Shown here: positions 62,483 to 64,000 of the stretch, piece by piece
Layout: every line of letters begins with the position of its first letter
Position numbering within the stretch: position 1 is the first letter of the stretch
NCBI RefSeq assembly: GCF_964204865.1
Contig: NC_135252.1
Coordinates: forward strand, 10,850,001 to 10,914,000
Direction of reading: 5' to 3'
Length of the DNA stretch: 64,000 bases
From: Styela clava
Taxonomy: Eukaryota
Program-made: the position numbers and the translations under genes
The notes under the pieces: generated by a model
The model's input: the letters and a program-made list of their open reading frames with translations, nothing else
Database searches by the model: none
Told to the model about the DNA's origin: nothing

Positions 62483-63143
62483 CGTAATACACTGACTGAT
62501 TGAAGAACTATTTTGGTCCCAAAGAAATAATGGTAGACTGATCCTGATTATGAAGCATGACTGTTTTTATAGCTTACGCCTACGTGCACTCATGGGTCTT
62601 TACATTTTTTTGTCTCTTCATTGGAAAATACCATATTCATTGCCTAACTCTCTTGTGATGCGGAAACTTGATATTCACTGACGCATTCAAAGCCTGTTGC
62701 TTGTTTTTGAAAATGACTCGAGCATGACTATTTTGTTTCATTTCGACAATGTATTATTTTATTGTCATGTTTGACCAAGCATGGATCATATGTTTTACTG
62801 TAAATAAATTTGATGATTCTTTGCGCCAGTTTATGATCTAATCAAAATGGATATAAAGTGAATAAAACTTTATGCCAGTATGCAGTGTTATCAAAATTGA
62901 TATTTTTGTCAAGTGCTAGCTTGACACATTGTTTGCGTATATCCCTATTTTGCTGTACTTAGTACAACTCATCTTTTATTTTGTATTCAAATGCTTGACG
63001 TATGATTTTGCATTTATTGAAATTTTGCTGTGCTTGGTATTACTCATTCTTTTTTTTTATTTGTCATAAACCACACATACATTAGTCAATTACATTAGTA
63101 TGTGAATGAAACTATTATCATGGACTGATATTACCAAATAATA

Positions 63144-63784
63144 ATGCCTCCAAAAAGACCCCCAGCCAAGGCATCTGTGCCTGCTGCACGGAATGTTTCT
63201 AACAAAAAACAGCCAGTGAAGCCAGCAGCAAGTATGAAAAAGAAATGATTTTTTAAAATTTGTTGTAATTAGCACAAACACAGATTAAGTCTTTGACATG
63301 GGATGGACTGAATCACATCTAGAAAATGAAAGTCGATATCTATATCTTTTTATTGAATTAATTTGAAATTGCATCAAATTTGCTGCATTTTTTACATAGT
63401 CTTGGGCTGTGTTATATAAAAACAGAACTTTGAGAAAATTGGATATTGCTAAATTGTTCAAACTTTTTAATTTTTCCGATTTCACCTATTTTTATCACAT
63501 TTATTATATGTATACATTTTCATTATATGGTAAAATAAGAAAACTTCATTGGATTGCGATTTGTGTGCATGCACCCGAAAAACAGAGTAAGATTTTATTA
63601 CAAAATTACTTGTGTCTGCTATTTCACTCATAATGACTGGTAATTTTTTAGATACTGCGAATAAAAAACCTGGACCACCAGGCAGAAAAGCTCCACCAGC
63701 GAAAGCTGCACCAAAGAAAGAGGAGAAGAAAGGGCCATCACCTCAAGATTTAGCTGCGATTGTGATTCAAAAATACATCAGAAG
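63144..63784 (+). CDS. First two exons of an IQ-motif protein (IQANK1-like N-terminus); gene runs off the window
   Basis: Exon 63144-63231 MPPKRPPAKASVPAARN... (phase 1) joins 63652-63784 ...KKGPSPQDLAAIVIQKYIRR (IQ motif); IQANK1 identity is from recall only. Confidence 0.7.
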
Positions 63785-64000
63785 GTAGTTGATCTTTATG
63801 GTATTATCCTTACTGTTTTGTTATTAAGAATTTCCTTTATAAATTTGGAAAAATATTAAGAAACTTTGTTGTATATTTCAATTATAAAACAACAAAACTT
63901 GCAATTGTGATATAAGTTTAAAATTTCTTATTTATCATAATGGTATGAAGATATAGGGATTGAAACAACATAATTAAAACATGCATTAGTTAAGACAATA

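Overview
AT-rich animal genomic DNA with spliceosomal introns; inferred (not proven) to be a marine invertebrate such as an ascidian. No prokaryotic features. Intact genes: intronless-CDS PISD (+), intronless trifunctional GART (-), an intronless coiled-coil protein with a UBAN-like segment (-), a 5-exon carbohydrate sulfotransferase (-), 17-exon CEP78 (+, one GC-AG intron), an intronless LRR protein (+), a 3-exon stefin/cystatin-B (-) and the first two exons of an IQ-motif (IQANK1-like) gene (+). Two decayed genes are absent from the ORF track: an intronless SmG (SNRPG) copy joined to a LINE-like 3' tail, and a second 3-exon stefin with a broken exon 2. The rest is densely populated by transposons: a tRNA-derived SINE family (7 copies), a Gypsy remnant inserted in a SINE and itself carrying a MITE, CR1/L2, Sola1, Academ-like and hAT transposase fragments, and many MITEs with readable TIRs/TSDs. 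Most unusual signals: (1) promoter-proximal clusters of TA-CCG-TA/TA-CGG-TA/TA-GGC-TA motifs which a local duplication shows to be 5-bp insertions at TA sites (candidate transposon excision footprints); (2) the SmG-LINE chimeric retrocopy between ~140-bp direct repeats; (3) a 150-bp tandem duplication that copies the PISD splice acceptor and start codon into an in-frame uORF. All coordinates and translations were read by eye.
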